In this document: positions 20,068 through 30,630 of the stretch, one piece after another
Position numbering within the stretch: position 1 is the first letter of the stretch
How the letters are laid out: each line of letters opens with the position of its first letter
Source of the DNA: a virus
IMG/VR virus record: IMGVR_UViG_3300017991_004311
Coordinates: 1-64,000 of that record
Strand: one strand, 5' to 3'
Length of the DNA stretch: 64,000 nucleotides
The notes under the pieces: model-generated
Database searches by the model: none
Told to the model about the DNA's origin: nothing
What the model saw: the letters and a program-made list of their open reading frames with translations, nothing else
Made by a program: the position numbers and the translations under genes

Positions 20068-20133
20068 ATTGCCACTTTGTGATATTGTGCTATAATATAT
20101 AGTGTAATACCATCAAAGAGAAGGAGAGACAAG
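20068..20133 (+). promoter_or_regulatory. Promoter/leader cassette copy 2 (-35 is TTGCCA)
   Basis: Near-identical to 19433-19498. Confidence 0.8.
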
Positions 20134-20340
20134 ATGACCGAGACCACCATCATCCAGAAAATCAGAGAAGCCGAAGCCCGCGCCGCAAACGCAACCGCCC
20201 GAGACGCACGGGCTTGGCGGGGATATATCAAACTCCTCCAGCAGAAGTTGGATCGGATGGAGCAAGGGGGACCGGAATACCCCGTACTAGGGCCGGAGAT
20301 CGAAGGCCCGGAAGCGGGCCGAGCAAATCAAGGGAGCTAA
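20134..20340 (+). CDS. Early hypothetical protein
   Basis: Starts MTETTI, like 19499. Confidence 0.6.
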   Translation: MTETTIIQKIREAEARAANATARDARAWRGYIKLLQQKLDRMEQGGPEYPVLGPEIEGPEAGRANQGS

Positions 20341-20765
20341 AATTGGAAACAACCGTACTCAGTATCGCGAACGACATTCTTGCTATCGTCCAGAATCTTG
20401 ATAGCGAGGACGCGGTGGAGTACACGAAACTCTACCTGCGCAGCCTACACACTATGACTGAGCAGGTAGAAGGGATCGAGATCGACTGCCCGGCAATCTT
20501 GGCGGCGGTCGCGGAGACTGACCCCAGAATCGCCGGCTTGACCGCGGCGGACTGGGGAGGAGAGGAGGAAAAGATGGGGCGGTATATCGTAAAAGACCAC
20601 AGGGGCGGGGTAGTAATGGAGCTAACTCCCGAGGAATTCCTGGATTGGCAAGAGGAGCCGGAGGAAAACCGGACCAACCGCAACTGGGAGTACGTTGAGT
20701 AACTTCCCACCTGCCTCGCCTCGTGCGGGGCAGTGGGGAAGTTACTACGAAGAGGAGGAAGGATC

Positions 20766-20969
20766 ATGAAGGAAGTCTATGAGGTATACGGAAGATTCAA
20801 CGGCAAGCCGGCAGGCTTCGTAGGCCGCTATCGCAGCCGGGAAGCCGCAGATCGGGATCGCGCTCACTCGCATGTGTCCACTATCGTGAAGCGCGTCCGA
20901 GTCAGTGACGAAGAGCATGCGCAGTGGGCCGGGAGCGGCTACAAAGTGCGCGGCTGGCTGACGTTGTAA
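20766..20969 (+). CDS. Hypothetical protein
   Basis: GAGGAGG RBS and ATG start. Confidence 0.5.
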   Translation: MKEVYEVYGRFNGKPAGFVGRYRSREAADRDRAHSHVSTIVKRVRVSDEEHAQWAGSGYKVRGWLTL

Positions 20970-21607
20970 TCTCCCACGGGGGCCTCCACGCGGGGCTCCT
21001 GGGGAGGGTACTCTATCACAAGGGGGGAGGATCATGGCACGAATCAATCAAAAGTTCAGGAAGAAACTTGAGGAAAGCTATACGGACCATCTTGGTTATC
21101 CTCCACATCTGAGCACAGCACACATTCCCACTGTGCTTGGCGTGCGACGCCGGGCAGTGGTCATCGCGGGTCGAATGCGACTCACCCGAGGTGAAGAGGA
21201 AGCCGTGAGGCAAGTGCAGGCAACGATTGGTCTTTATAACAGATGACCTCCCACGAGGCTCCGTCACTGGGCCTCCTGGGGAGGACATCAACAAGAGGAG
21301 CGGTATCATGGTTAGCCGAACAAGAGAGAGGATAAGGAGCGATGGCCACATTTCCGTCATATCTGCCGACGGCGGGTTGGTGAGCGAGTTCGCTCCCGAC
21401 GTTCCCCCGAGAAGGCACGTTCGCGCGGGCAACTGGATGATCCCGCTCCGATGGCGTGGTCCCGGTCACTATTGGCTCCAGGGAGGACGCCGCACGGTGT
21501 ATGCGGGCTATGCCGAGACGCAGGAGGACGCGGCTCGCATGGTGCGCGGGGTCACGGGGAAAGGGATCGACTATTCACGATGCACGATTGTGTGAAGGAG
21601 GTATAGG

Positions 21608-21784
21608 ATGAGTGAGTTCGAGAAGCGGCGGCGCGAGCTGAGGCGCCGCTACGAGAAGGGCGAGACCGTGGAGGCGCTCGCCGAGGAGATGGGGGTGCAC
21701 CCGCAGACGGTGCGCCACCACCTGACCAAGGCGGGCACGAGGATGCGCCCTCCGGGGCCGGTCCCGAAGTTGGCGAAGAGATGA
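21608..21784 (+). CDS. Small HTH DNA-binding protein (58 aa, not in ORF track)
   Basis: Hand translation includes YEKGETVEALAEEMGVHPQTVRHHLTKAG. Confidence 0.7.
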   Translation: MSEFEKRRRELRRRYEKGETVEALAEEMGVHPQTVRHHLTKAGTRMRPPGPVPKLAKR

Positions 21785-21950
21785 AGGGGCGCTACGATTG
21801 GTTCTACGAGGGCAGGTTGAAGTCGACCGGCGAATCCGTGTACCGGAATACGCGCACGGAGGAGTGGGCCAAGGAGGTGGACCACAAGCATTTGCTCCAC
21901 ATCGACCGCCCCCGACCGGGAGAATTGATTCGTCATTGACGGAGGGGAAG

Positions 21951-22553
21951 ATGTCACCGCAGGAGATGCTTCATGAGCACGAGGGCCAGGTGAGGAGGGT
22001 CGCAGGGCAATTCTACACGCAGTACCGGTACCTCGACGACGCCTTCGGGTACGAGGACTTCCTCCAGGAGGGGAGGCTGGCGCTCCTGGGCTTGTGGCGC
22101 AAGAGCCGTTCCGTGCGCGATTTCAAGCGCCAGAGTTGGGCCACGCTCAGGAACCGCTACCGCAACCTGATCCGCGGCGCGTCCCGGAGACGGGTGCCGC
22201 AGGTGTCCGCCTACCGGAGCTTAGATGGCACGGACGGCGAGACTGTGATCGATCTGGTGGAGTCGGGCCGGGAGCTGGCGCCGCTCCCGATCATGGAGCG
22301 TAGGGAGCGCCTGGAGCGGTTCCGGGCGCGCCTCTCCGAGATCGGGGTGGTGCTGTTCGACCTGATCCGCGACCCGACTTGCGAGATCAGCACGGTGATG
22401 GCGGAGATGCTCAGGGCGAGGCCGTACCGCCAGCGCTACCAGCTGAGCGTGATGCGCGACGCGGCGGAGCGCACGGGGAGGATCGACCGGAAGACATGGA
22501 ACCGCGGCATGGCCGAGATCAAGGCCGTGGCCGCTATGGGGAGGGAGGCATGA
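21951..22553 (+). CDS. Sigma70-family-like transcription factor
   Basis: Region-2-like YEDFLQEGRLALL...LRNRYRNLIR, followed by SLD. Confidence 0.65.
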   Translation: MSPQEMLHEHEGQVRRVAGQFYTQYRYLDDAFGYEDFLQEGRLALLGLWRKSRSVRDFKRQSWATLRNRYRNLIRGASRRRVPQVSAYRSLDGTDGETVIDLVESGRELAPLPIMERRERLERFRARLSEIGVVLFDLIRDPTCEISTVMAEMLRARPYRQRYQLSVMRDAAERTGRIDRKTWNRGMAEIKAVAAMGREA

Positions 22554-23458
22554 GCAAGCACCCGAAATGTTTTGGGCTCCTATGGAACCCTAGAATCGAG
22601 GATTGCCGGGGATGTGCGGATTTCGAGGAGTGCGGGGAGGAGTATGCGCGCAAGCACCCGGAAGGGGACGGTGGGAAGAAGGAGGATGCCACCGATTGCA
22701 CGTTGCGCATGGTCCCGGTCGAGGATATTGAGTTCAGGACCGGGGCACGAACGCACCTGGAGAAGGAGGCGCTTGACCAGCTCAAGGCTTCGATCGAGAC
22801 CGTGGGGCTGAGTCAGCCCATCACCGTTCTCCCGGCGGACGAGAAGGGCGTGCATGTGGGCGTGATCGGGTGGCGGCGTTGGAATGCGTTCAAGCAGCTC
22901 GGCCGGGCGGAGATACCCTGCATGGTCTGTTCCGGGAAGTGGGCTCAGGACAGCGAGGAGATGCTGGCGGCGCAGATCGTCGAGAACGTGCAGCGTGCCG
23001 ACCTGAACCCGATCGAATTGGCCGAGGCTTATCGCGACCTGATGGAGAAGGGCCACATGAGCCAGGGGGAGGTGGCCGACAGGGTCGGGGTGAGCCGGGG
23101 GTCGGTGAACAGGACGCTGTCGATCTTGAAGCTGGAGGCCGAGGCGAAGGAGATAGCTCAGGCCGAGGGCTTGGGCGTGTCGAAGATGCGGGAGATCGGC
23201 CGGGCCAAAGCCGATGAGCAGAAGAAGCTGACCAAGGGCGCGGGGAAGAAGACGAGGGAGCAGCTTGCGGAGGAGACCGAGAAGACGGCGGAGCACAAGC
23301 GCGTGCAACGCGTGTGGAAATACGACACCCCGGAATTCCGGGTCATCGTGCAGTTCAAGGGCGGACGGAAGATGATCGTGAACAAGGTCGCCGAGGCCCT
23401 GGACCTCGCCAGGGACCAGGTGAAGCGGGCAATGCAGGAGAAGGAAGAGTTGGAGTAA
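22550..23458 (+). CDS. ParB/Spo0J-family protein with N-terminal Cys4 module
   Basis: LKASIETVGLSQPITV, GWRRWNA, ENVQRADLNPIE and an HTH. Confidence 0.9.
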   Translation: MSKHPKCFGLLWNPRIEDCRGCADFEECGEEYARKHPEGDGGKKEDATDCTLRMVPVEDIEFRTGARTHLEKEALDQLKASIETVGLSQPITVLPADEKGVHVGVIGWRRWNAFKQLGRAEIPCMVCSGKWAQDSEEMLAAQIVENVQRADLNPIELAEAYRDLMEKGHMSQGEVADRVGVSRGSVNRTLSILKLEAEAKEIAQAEGLGVSKMREIGRAKADEQKKLTKGAGKKTREQLAEETEKTAEHKRVQRVWKYDTPEFRVIVQFKGGRKMIVNKVAEALDLARDQVKRAMQEKEELE

Positions 23459-23467
23459 TCGTGAGCT

Positions 23468-23517
23468 TGTGGATAAGGTGTAACGCTAGGTTACATGTTA
23501 TCCACAGGTTATCCACA
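23468..23517. promoter_or_regulatory. Three DnaA boxes around a TGTAAC-N5-GTTACA palindrome (site 1)
   Basis: TGTGGATAA at 23468; TTATCCACA at 23498 and 23509. Confidence 0.85.
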
Positions 23518-23539
23518 GGCTTGTTGGCAGGAGGGGAAA

Positions 23540-23959
23540 ATGCCGGTAGGAAGCGTGGTAGACAAGGGGACGGTCGAGGGGTATCCGGTGATGGTGCGGA
23601 GGGGCGGACTGCCCTGTGTGCTGTGCGGGTATGTCGGGGTCCCGAGGGGTCATCCCGATTACGGTGCCAGTATGGAGATATTGGAGGACGAACTCGCCGT
23701 GCATGGCGGTGTCACTTGGGCTGACGGGGTGCACGACGGCGATGGTTGGCAGTGGGCGTGGGCGGGGGACGTGTGGTGGATAGGGTTCGACTGCGGCCAC
23801 TATGACGACATCGAGTTCGACGTAGGTAGCAGGACAAGCATCCGGTCGAACAAGGACGCGGCGTTCGTGCGTGCCGAGATACGCGCACTCGCGGCACAGC
23901 TCAAGGCGCGCGAGAGGCCGAAGTTGGAGGAGAATCATGAAGAGGTACAAACTGACTGA
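23540..23959 (+). CDS. Conserved phage hypothetical protein
   Basis: CGYVGVP..HP, VHGGVTW and WWIGFDCGH motifs. Confidence 0.75.
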   Translation: MPVGSVVDKGTVEGYPVMVRRGGLPCVLCGYVGVPRGHPDYGASMEILEDELAVHGGVTWADGVHDGDGWQWAWAGDVWWIGFDCGHYDDIEFDVGSRTSIRSNKDAAFVRAEIRALAAQLKARERPKLEENHEEVQTD

Positions 23960-24545
23960 TGAGTACGACCGAACGTATAGCGGATGTCAGTGGGGGGAGG
24001 GAGTCACTCATAGTGCACCGGGGGAGGGAGAACTTTGTACTGGCGGATGGATTCACGTGTACACTCACCCATTGTTAGCGGTGTTACTCAATCCGCTGCA
24101 CCGAGACGATGATCTTAGTGCCGCTCACTTGTGGGAATGCAAAGTGAGCGGTAGGACTAAAGCCGATCACGAGCTCAAACTGGGAGTGGAGAATTGCACC
24201 ACGGTCAAGCGTATCCCGTTGCCCCAAATTACTCTTGGGCAAAAGGTGCGGTTTGCCATCTTGTGTGCTCTTAAAGTAGTAGACAAGTGGGGATTAAAAG
24301 AGTGGGTTGAGTGGGCCAAGCGGTGGTTGTCTGGAGAGGATAGAACCGAAGTGGCAGCAGACGCAGCAGTACACGTAGCAGTAGACGCAGCATACGCAGC
24401 ACACGCAGCAGCACACGCAGCAGCAGACGCAGCATACGCAGCACACGCAGCAGCACACGCAGCAAAATCGCAGGGGATAGACCTGATTTCCCTTGCCGAG
24501 AGAGCGGTGCGAGAGGAAAAAGAAGATGCAGCGCGAACCGGTTGA
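23937..24545 (+). CDS. Hypothetical protein with C-terminal Ala-rich repeats
   Basis: WAKRWLSGEDR followed by AAYAAHAA repeats. Confidence 0.7.
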   Translation: MKRYKLTDEYDRTYSGCQWGEGVTHSAPGEGELCTGGWIHVYTHPLLAVLLNPLHRDDDLSAAHLWECKVSGRTKADHELKLGVENCTTVKRIPLPQITLGQKVRFAILCALKVVDKWGLKEWVEWAKRWLSGEDRTEVAADAAVHVAVDAAYAAHAAAHAAADAAYAAHAAAHAAKSQGIDLISLAERAVREEKEDAARTG

Positions 24546-24873
24546 TCCCGACAGCCATTGGAAAGAGGTGATGGACTTGGGGCGCAGGTACGGGTTTATC
24601 ATCCAGGCATATGGTGACACGGCGACGTTCGCGACGCATGCGGTCCAGAAGGAGAATGGGATATGGGAAACAACGCAATGGATGAACGGGCACCGGGACC
24701 GTCAGTGAGTCTCCCGGTGCTCATGGGGTGGCTGAACGATAGGCAGCGTTACGCCGACAAGCAGATGCACTGGTTCGCGGTCAAGGGCGACGAGGAGCAT
24801 AGGATGTACTGGCGGGGGGCGTTCAACGCAATACGGACCACGCGTCAGTACCTGAGCGGACTGGAGGGCGGCG

Positions 24874-27800
24874 ATGGACGAGCATGAGGGGTACCGGTTC
24901 CCGCAGCTCCACTTGCACACGGAGTATTCCTACCTTGATTCGATGGTGCGTCTGGACGAGCTGCTGGAGTTTGCGGCGCGCCGGTCGATCCCGGCGCTGG
25001 CCGTCACCGACCACGGGAACATTGACGCGGCGGTGCGCTTCTCCCGGGAATGCGCGGAGCGCGGCATCAGGCCGATCATCGGATGCGAGGCGTACCTGTG
25101 CACCGACCTGGAGCGGGTGAGGGCGAGGGAGGAGAAACGCGCTCACATCACTTTCTGGGTGAGGTCGGACGAGGGCTTCGCGAACCTCACACGGATGCTC
25201 TCGGAGGCGAATCTCGACCATTTCTACCGGAAGCCGCACATCCCGGTGGACACGCTCTACCGGCACCTCGGCGGCCTGGTGGTCGGAAGTGCGTGCTACG
25301 CCTCGTTCCTCTCGTGGGGGACGGGCCGGGAGATCGCGGCCAACCTTCGGGACATCCTCGGCCCGGATTTCTACGTGGAGATGATGCCCTTCGCGCACGA
25401 ACCGTTCCTCAGTTACTACCGGGACACGGCACAGGCCGCGCGCAACCTCGACCTCCCGATCGTGGCCACCAACGACGTGCACTACCTCCACCACGGTGAT
25501 GACATCACGCACGAGACCGTGGTGAACATCGGGTCGAGGAAGCGGAGGGACGATCCGGACCGGCGGCGCTATTCGGTGCGCGAGCTCTGGTACCGGAGCG
25601 AGGAGCAAATGGTGCGCGCCTTCCTGGACCAGGGGGTGCTCACCTCGGACGAGATCATCGCGGCGCTCTCGAACGCCTACGCCATCAGCGAGAAGTGCGC
25701 CGGGTTCACGCTCCCCGCTCACGGACCCTCGCTTCCCGTTCCGCCCGGAATCGACGGCACTCCGCAAGAGGCGCTTGCCGCGCTCTGCCAGCGGGGCATG
25801 AGGCGGAGGAAACTGGCGGGGATCGCGAAGTACGAGGAGCGGCTGGCGGCGGAGCTTCGCCAGATCGCAAGGAGCGGCTTCGACGCCTATTTTCTCGTCG
25901 TGCACGAACTCATGGAGTGGGCGCACAAGCGGGGGATCATGACCTCGCCGTGTCGCGGGAGCGTGGGCGGGAGCCTGACGGCGTATGCGCTCGGCATCAC
26001 CGAGATCGACCCCCTGCGGTACGGGTTGGTGTTCGAGCGGTTCATCGCACCGGGCAGGATCGACTTCCCGGACATCGACCTCGATTTCGAGGACGCGCGC
26101 CGGGAAGAGGTCAAGGCCCACCTGCGGAAGGTCTACGGGGAGCGCTCGGTGGCGGCTGTGTCGGTGATGGGGACCATGCGGGCGAGGCAGGCGCTCCGGG
26201 ACGTGGCGCGCTACCACGGTGTGGCGCTGGCGGAGGTGGACGCGTGTGCCAAGGCGATCCCTCAGGACATCGACACGGGGGAGTCGGGGTTGAGGGTGGC
26301 CCGGAAGCGATCGGAGACGGTGACCGCGTTCGCGCACAAGTACCCGGACGTGTTCGGCCAGGCGGTGCGCCTGGAGGGAATGGTCCGCCACAGGGGGGTG
26401 CACGCGGCCGGGGTGGTGCTCTCCGATGGGGACCTGATCGATTCGGGCCGGTGCGTGCTCCAGAGGACCAAGGAGGGGCTGACAGTCAACTGGGACAAGG
26501 ACTGTCTGGAGGCGATGGGCTTCGTGAAGTTCGACATCCTGGGCCTGGCCACGCTGAGCGTGCTCTCCGACGTGCGGAGGGCCATCGGCGGCGGGTTCCG
26601 GTTCGTCGACCTCCCGCTCGACGATCCCGCGGTGTTCCGCCTCCTGCGCGAGGGCGACGGTGTCGGGGTGTTCCAGCTCGGGACCACGGGCATCAGGAGC
26701 GCCATCGGGAAGGTCGGGGTCTCGTCCTTCGAGGACCTGGTGGCGATAAACGCGCTCTACCGGCCCGGCACGCTCAGGACGGGCATCCTGGACGACTACG
26801 CGGACCGGAAGGCGGGGAGGCAGCCGGTCGAGCGGATCCACCCCATCTACGATGAGATCACGAAGGCGACCTACGGGCTCATCGTGTACCAGGAACAGGT
26901 GATGTGGCTGCTCTCGCGCCTGGCGGGTTTCCCCTGGGAGAAGACCGACCGGGTGCGGAAGATCATCTCCAAGAGCAAGGGGGTGAGGCAGTTCCAGCGC
27001 TACGAGCGCGAGTTCGTGACCGGGTGCGTGGAGAGGGGGACGCTGGACGGGGACACGGCCCGGACGCTCTATCAGCGCCTGCGGCAGTTCAGCCAGTACG
27101 CGTTCAACCGCTCCCATTCCGTGGGCTACACCATGCTCGGGTATTGGACCGCATGGTGCAAGGCGCACCATCGGCGGGAGTTCATGGCCGCGCTCCTGCG
27201 GCACACGGGCAGCGACGACAAGGTGGCCGGCTACGTGAACGACGCGCGCTACCACGGGATCGAGGTGGTCGACCCGCACGTGAATGCGAGCGGGGTCTCA
27301 TGGGAAATACGCGACGGGAGGCTGGTGGCCGGGCTCACCACGGTCAAGGGCATCGCGGCCGCGTCGGCGGAGAGGATCGTGCGTGTGCGCGGGGGGAAGC
27401 CGTTCAGCGGTTCGCTCGACTTCGAGATGCGTTCCCAGGGGACGGGCAGGTCTGTGCTGGAGGCGCTCGGGCGCGCCGGGGCGTTAGAGGGCCTGGCCGA
27501 GTGCGAGATCGATCGGGCGGCTGCGCTCCCCTACACGGCCAGGGGGGCGTACCCGAGGCTGAAGCTGTTCCTGCGCCGGAACGCGCCCAGGCAGCGGTTG
27601 GGGGAGGGTGCGATCGAGCGCATGGCCTCGGGGAACATCGGGGGGGTGGCGTTCGATGCGCTGAGGATCAGGAAGCTCGGGGACGCCGAGATGGAGGTGT
27701 TGCGCGCACCGGTGCTCGCGTGCAGGGCGTGTCCGCTGAGGAAGGAGGCGTCGACCCCGGTCCCGCTGGAGGGCGGCACGCTCAACGTGATGATCGTGTG

Positions 27801-28257
27801 CGAGGCCCCGGGGAAGGTGGAGGACCGCGAGGGGCGGCCGCTGGTGGGCCCGGCGGGAAGGCTCTTGTTCGAGCAGATGGAGGCGGCGGGACTGCGCCGG
27901 GAGTACTTCTACCTGGCGAACGCGGTGCGGTGCTGGCCCTCGAAGAGCGGCCGGCCGTCCATGAAGCAGGTGGACGAGTGCTCGAAGCACCTGCGCGCGG
28001 AGATGGAGCGGGTACAGCCGTGCCTGGTGCTGGCGGCGGGGAACATGGCGCGGTACGCGTTCACGGGCGAGAAGGCGGGCATCATGAGCCACAACGCCGA
28101 ATTGGCATGGAGCGAGCGGTACGGGTGCTTCGTGCTCTTCACCATCCATCCCTCGGCGGTGCTCAGGGACAAGGGAAACGCGCCCATGCTGCGCGAGGCG
28201 ATCGGGAGACTGCACGGACTCATCTTCGCCATGTCGGGGAAGGGGGGTGCCGGATAG
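24874..28257 (+). CDS. dnaE: DNA polymerase III alpha subunit fused to a family-4 uracil-DNA glycosylase domain
   Basis: PHP motif HLHTEYS, RGSVGGSL, FPDIDLDF, KFDILGL, YAFNRSHS. C-terminal CRAC, EAPG..ED..G.P.VG.AG and HPSAVLR. Confidence 0.95.
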   Translation: MDEHEGYRFPQLHLHTEYSYLDSMVRLDELLEFAARRSIPALAVTDHGNIDAAVRFSRECAERGIRPIIGCEAYLCTDLERVRAREEKRAHITFWVRSDEGFANLTRMLSEANLDHFYRKPHIPVDTLYRHLGGLVVGSACYASFLSWGTGREIAANLRDILGPDFYVEMMPFAHEPFLSYYRDTAQAARNLDLPIVATNDVHYLHHGDDITHETVVNIGSRKRRDDPDRRRYSVRELWYRSEEQMVRAFLDQGVLTSDEIIAALSNAYAISEKCAGFTLPAHGPSLPVPPGIDGTPQEALAALCQRGMRRRKLAGIAKYEERLAAELRQIARSGFDAYFLVVHELMEWAHKRGIMTSPCRGSVGGSLTAYALGITEIDPLRYGLVFERFIAPGRIDFPDIDLDFEDARREEVKAHLRKVYGERSVAAVSVMGTMRARQALRDVARYHGVALAEVDACAKAIPQDIDTGESGLRVARKRSETVTAFAHKYPDVFGQAVRLEGMVRHRGVHAAGVVLSDGDLIDSGRCVLQRTKEGLTVNWDKDCLEAMGFVKFDILGLATLSVLSDVRRAIGGGFRFVDLPLDDPAVFRLLREGDGVGVFQLGTTGIRSAIGKVGVSSFEDLVAINALYRPGTLRTGILDDYADRKAGRQPVERIHPIYDEITKATYGLIVYQEQVMWLLSRLAGFPWEKTDRVRKIISKSKGVRQFQRYEREFVTGCVERGTLDGDTARTLYQRLRQFSQYAFNRSHSVGYTMLGYWTAWCKAHHRREFMAALLRHTGSDDKVAGYVNDARYHGIEVVDPHVNASGVSWEIRDGRLVAGLTTVKGIAAASAERIVRVRGGKPFSGSLDFEMRSQGTGRSVLEALGRAGALEGLAECEIDRAAALPYTARGAYPRLKLFLRRNAPRQRLGEGAIERMASGNIGGVAFDALRIRKLGDAEMEVLRAPVLACRACPLRKEASTPVPLEGGTLNVMIVCEAPGKVEDREGRPLVGPAGRLLFEQMEAAGLRREYFYLANAVRCWPSKSGRPSMKQVDECSKHLRAEMERVQPCLVLAAGNMARYAFTGEKAGIMSHNAELAWSERYGCFVLFTIHPSAVLRDKGNAPMLREAIGRLHGLIFAMSGKGGAG

Positions 28258-28311
28258 TACCGGACCACCTCGGCCGTTTGGTGTTAATATAAATAAACAC
28301 AGGAGGTGCGG

Positions 28312-28731
28312 ATGAAACGGACCCCGCGCGAGATCATGGTCGGCGACGAGAACGTGTCCCAGCAGCTCATTATCGACCAGACGCGCATTGAGGAGGAACT
28401 GAGTAGGAGCGCATCGCTTTACGCGTGGTGGGCGGTGCAGGAGGTCAAGGCGAAGGACGCCTTGGACGCGTACGAGGGGCAGGCGGCGAGGAAGCTGCGC
28501 GACGGCCCGGACAGGATGAGCGAGACGAGGATCGCGTCCGAGTTGAAGACCGACGGGGACTACCTGCGCCACAAGAGGCGGTACCATACGATGCAAGTAA
28601 TCGCCAACGCCTTCGAGCTCAGGGCGTACGCGGTCAGGGCGATGTCGAAGAGACAGGAGAATCTCATGTCGCTGGAGGCAAGGAAGGTGTACGCTGATTC
28701 TATCGTGAAAGGAGGCGATAATGCCGGTTGA
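28312..28731 (+). CDS. UvsY-like recombination mediator (putative)
   Basis: Coiled-coil, with size and position before SSB and RecA. Confidence 0.45.
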   Translation: MKRTPREIMVGDENVSQQLIIDQTRIEEELSRSASLYAWWAVQEVKAKDALDAYEGQAARKLRDGPDRMSETRIASELKTDGDYLRHKRRYHTMQVIANAFELRAYAVRAMSKRQENLMSLEARKVYADSIVKGGDNAG

Positions 28732-29656
28732 TATCGACGAATTAATAAGGAAACATCAGCAACTCAAGAGGAAGATGAAGGGTGGCTCTATCCCGAATCT
28801 CGACTGGGAGGGGAGTATATGGGTGCGTATCCTCCCGCCATGGAAGCTGGAGGCGTCATTCTATGCCGAATTTCCAGTGCATTATCTGCCGATGCCAGAT
28901 GCCCCCTCAAAGAGCCGTCCGTGGCAGTGTCTGCGCTATGCTGAGGAGCAGGCACTTGAGGATTGCCCGCTATGTCAGATTGAGCGGGCGTTGCGTGATA
29001 AGGGTGGTAGTGATACGAATGAAGCGAGGGAGATGCGTCGGAAGCTCCGGTTCGCGATGAATGTACTGGTCCGGGATACGGGGGAAGTCAACGTGCTCGT
29101 TTGCGGTCCGAAACTCTTTACCCAGATTTTGGCCCTTTTCGCCAATCCGCATTATGGCAACATCACAAAGCCGGATACGGGAACGGACCTGACGTTGGTG
29201 AAGGAGCGGACGGGATCGGGGCGTAAGGACGTTGATTACCAGACACAGACGGTCCCGAACTCCAAGCCGCTGAAGGATTCGGAGTGGAAGGGGAAGCTCT
29301 ACGATTTGGATAAGGTATTTCGTGTGTGGACCAGCGAGCAGCTCATCGCCGCCTACAAGGGCGAGGAGGTTGAGGGCGATCCGGACCTGGAATCAGAACA
29401 GGGCGACGGTTCCGGGGTGGCGATGAACGAGGACGAGGCCGAGCGTCGGGAGATGCGGGACGAAGGGATGGTTCAGGGCGCACCGCAGCAGGCCCGTCCC
29501 CGGTGCTTCGGTTCCTACGACAAGGGCGACGCATCCTGCGTGTCCTGCGCGTGGGCGGAGGAGTGCCGGGCCAAGGGCGCGTCGAAGCAGGAGGCGCCGA
29601 AGCAGGACGACGTGAACAGTATCCTGGATGAGATCCATCGGGGGAGCGGCACGTGA
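28721..29656 (+). CDS. T4 gp32-like single-stranded DNA-binding protein
   Basis: VRILPP, H..C..CPLC Zn site, ITKPDTGTDL and an acidic tail. Confidence 0.8.
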   Translation: MPVDIDELIRKHQQLKRKMKGGSIPNLDWEGSIWVRILPPWKLEASFYAEFPVHYLPMPDAPSKSRPWQCLRYAEEQALEDCPLCQIERALRDKGGSDTNEAREMRRKLRFAMNVLVRDTGEVNVLVCGPKLFTQILALFANPHYGNITKPDTGTDLTLVKERTGSGRKDVDYQTQTVPNSKPLKDSEWKGKLYDLDKVFRVWTSEQLIAAYKGEEVEGDPDLESEQGDGSGVAMNEDEAERREMRDEGMVQGAPQQARPRCFGSYDKGDASCVSCAWAEECRAKGASKQEAPKQDDVNSILDEIHRGSGT

Positions 29657-30630
29657 AGCGCCAACCGAATCAGCGCAAGGCGGCGATAGGAAAGATCGCC
29701 GAAGGCATCGAGGCGGAGCACGGCAACGTGCTCCGCCGGATCAAGGAGGTTGAGTACCTTGGCACCGGGATACGCGCGCTCGACTGGGCGCTCGGCAGGG
29801 GACTCCCGGTCGGGCGGATGACCGAGGTGTTCGGGGAGTTCGCCACGGGCAAGAGCGTCCTCGGTCTCCAACTCGCGGCCAAGGTGCAGCGCGAGGGCGG
29901 AGTGTCGATCGTCGTCGACAGCGAGCGCAGGTTCAGCGTGTCCATGGCGAAGGCGTTGGGGATCGACACAGAGGAGGTTATCTACATCCCCGGCACGTGC
30001 CTGGAGGAGACCTACGACCGGATGGCGACGGCGGTCGCGAAGGCGCGGGAGCACTTCGACGGCGACATCTACCTGATGTGGGACTCGCTCGGTTCCACCC
30101 AGTCGCGCGACGAGATGGAGGGGAAGGTAGACCTCGGCGGCCAGCGCGGGAGGCGGGCCTACGCGAACAGCGTGGGTTTGGCGAAGATGACGCCCCTTAT
30201 CGACGATTGTCGGGTGGCGTTCTACATGGTCAACCAGCTCCGGGTGAAGCCGGACGTGGTGTACGGGAAGACGTGGTACACGATGGGCGGGAAGGCCCCG
30301 GAATTCTACTCGACGGTGCAGGTGATGCTGAGCAAGGGCAAGGAGATCGAGGGGGAGCGCCGGGAGATCGTCGGTCAGCGCGGGAAGCTCAGGGTGGTGA
30401 AGAACACGGTCGCGCCTCCGTTCCGGGGGTTCGAATTCGAGCTGTTCTTCGATCGGGGCATCCCGGAGGAGAGCGGGTGGGTGGATACCCTGGTGCAGCG
30501 CGGCCTGGTCATCGTCTCCGGGGGATGGTGTTATGTGAACGCCGACAAGGAGAAGCGGAAGTTCCGGAAAGCCGATATCGTGAAGTTCCTGGCGGAGCAC
30601 CCGGAGCTGGAGAAGGTCGTTACCGGGTAA
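29653..30630 (+). CDS. recA: RecA/UvsX recombinase
   Basis: GLPVGRMTEVFGEFATGKS, WDSL, NQLR, GGKAPEFY and KNTVAPPFR motifs. Confidence 0.95.
   Translation: MKRQPNQRKAAIGKIAEGIEAEHGNVLRRIKEVEYLGTGIRALDWALGRGLPVGRMTEVFGEFATGKSVLGLQLAAKVQREGGVSIVVDSERRFSVSMAKALGIDTEEVIYIPGTCLEETYDRMATAVAKAREHFDGDIYLMWDSLGSTQSRDEMEGKVDLGGQRGRRAYANSVGLAKMTPLIDDCRVAFYMVNQLRVKPDVVYGKTWYTMGGKAPEFYSTVQVMLSKGKEIEGERREIVGQRGKLRVVKNTVAPPFRGFEFELFFDRGIPEESGWVDTLVQRGLVIVSGGWCYVNADKEKRKFRKADIVKFLAEHPELEKVVTG

Noticed and set aside
24823-27279. Long minus-strand ORFs (818 aa here; also 3660-5276, 14612-16048, 41585-43216, 52264-53967)
   Set aside because: These are antisense shadows of GC-rich + strand genes with clear motifs, and have no recognisable domains of their own.
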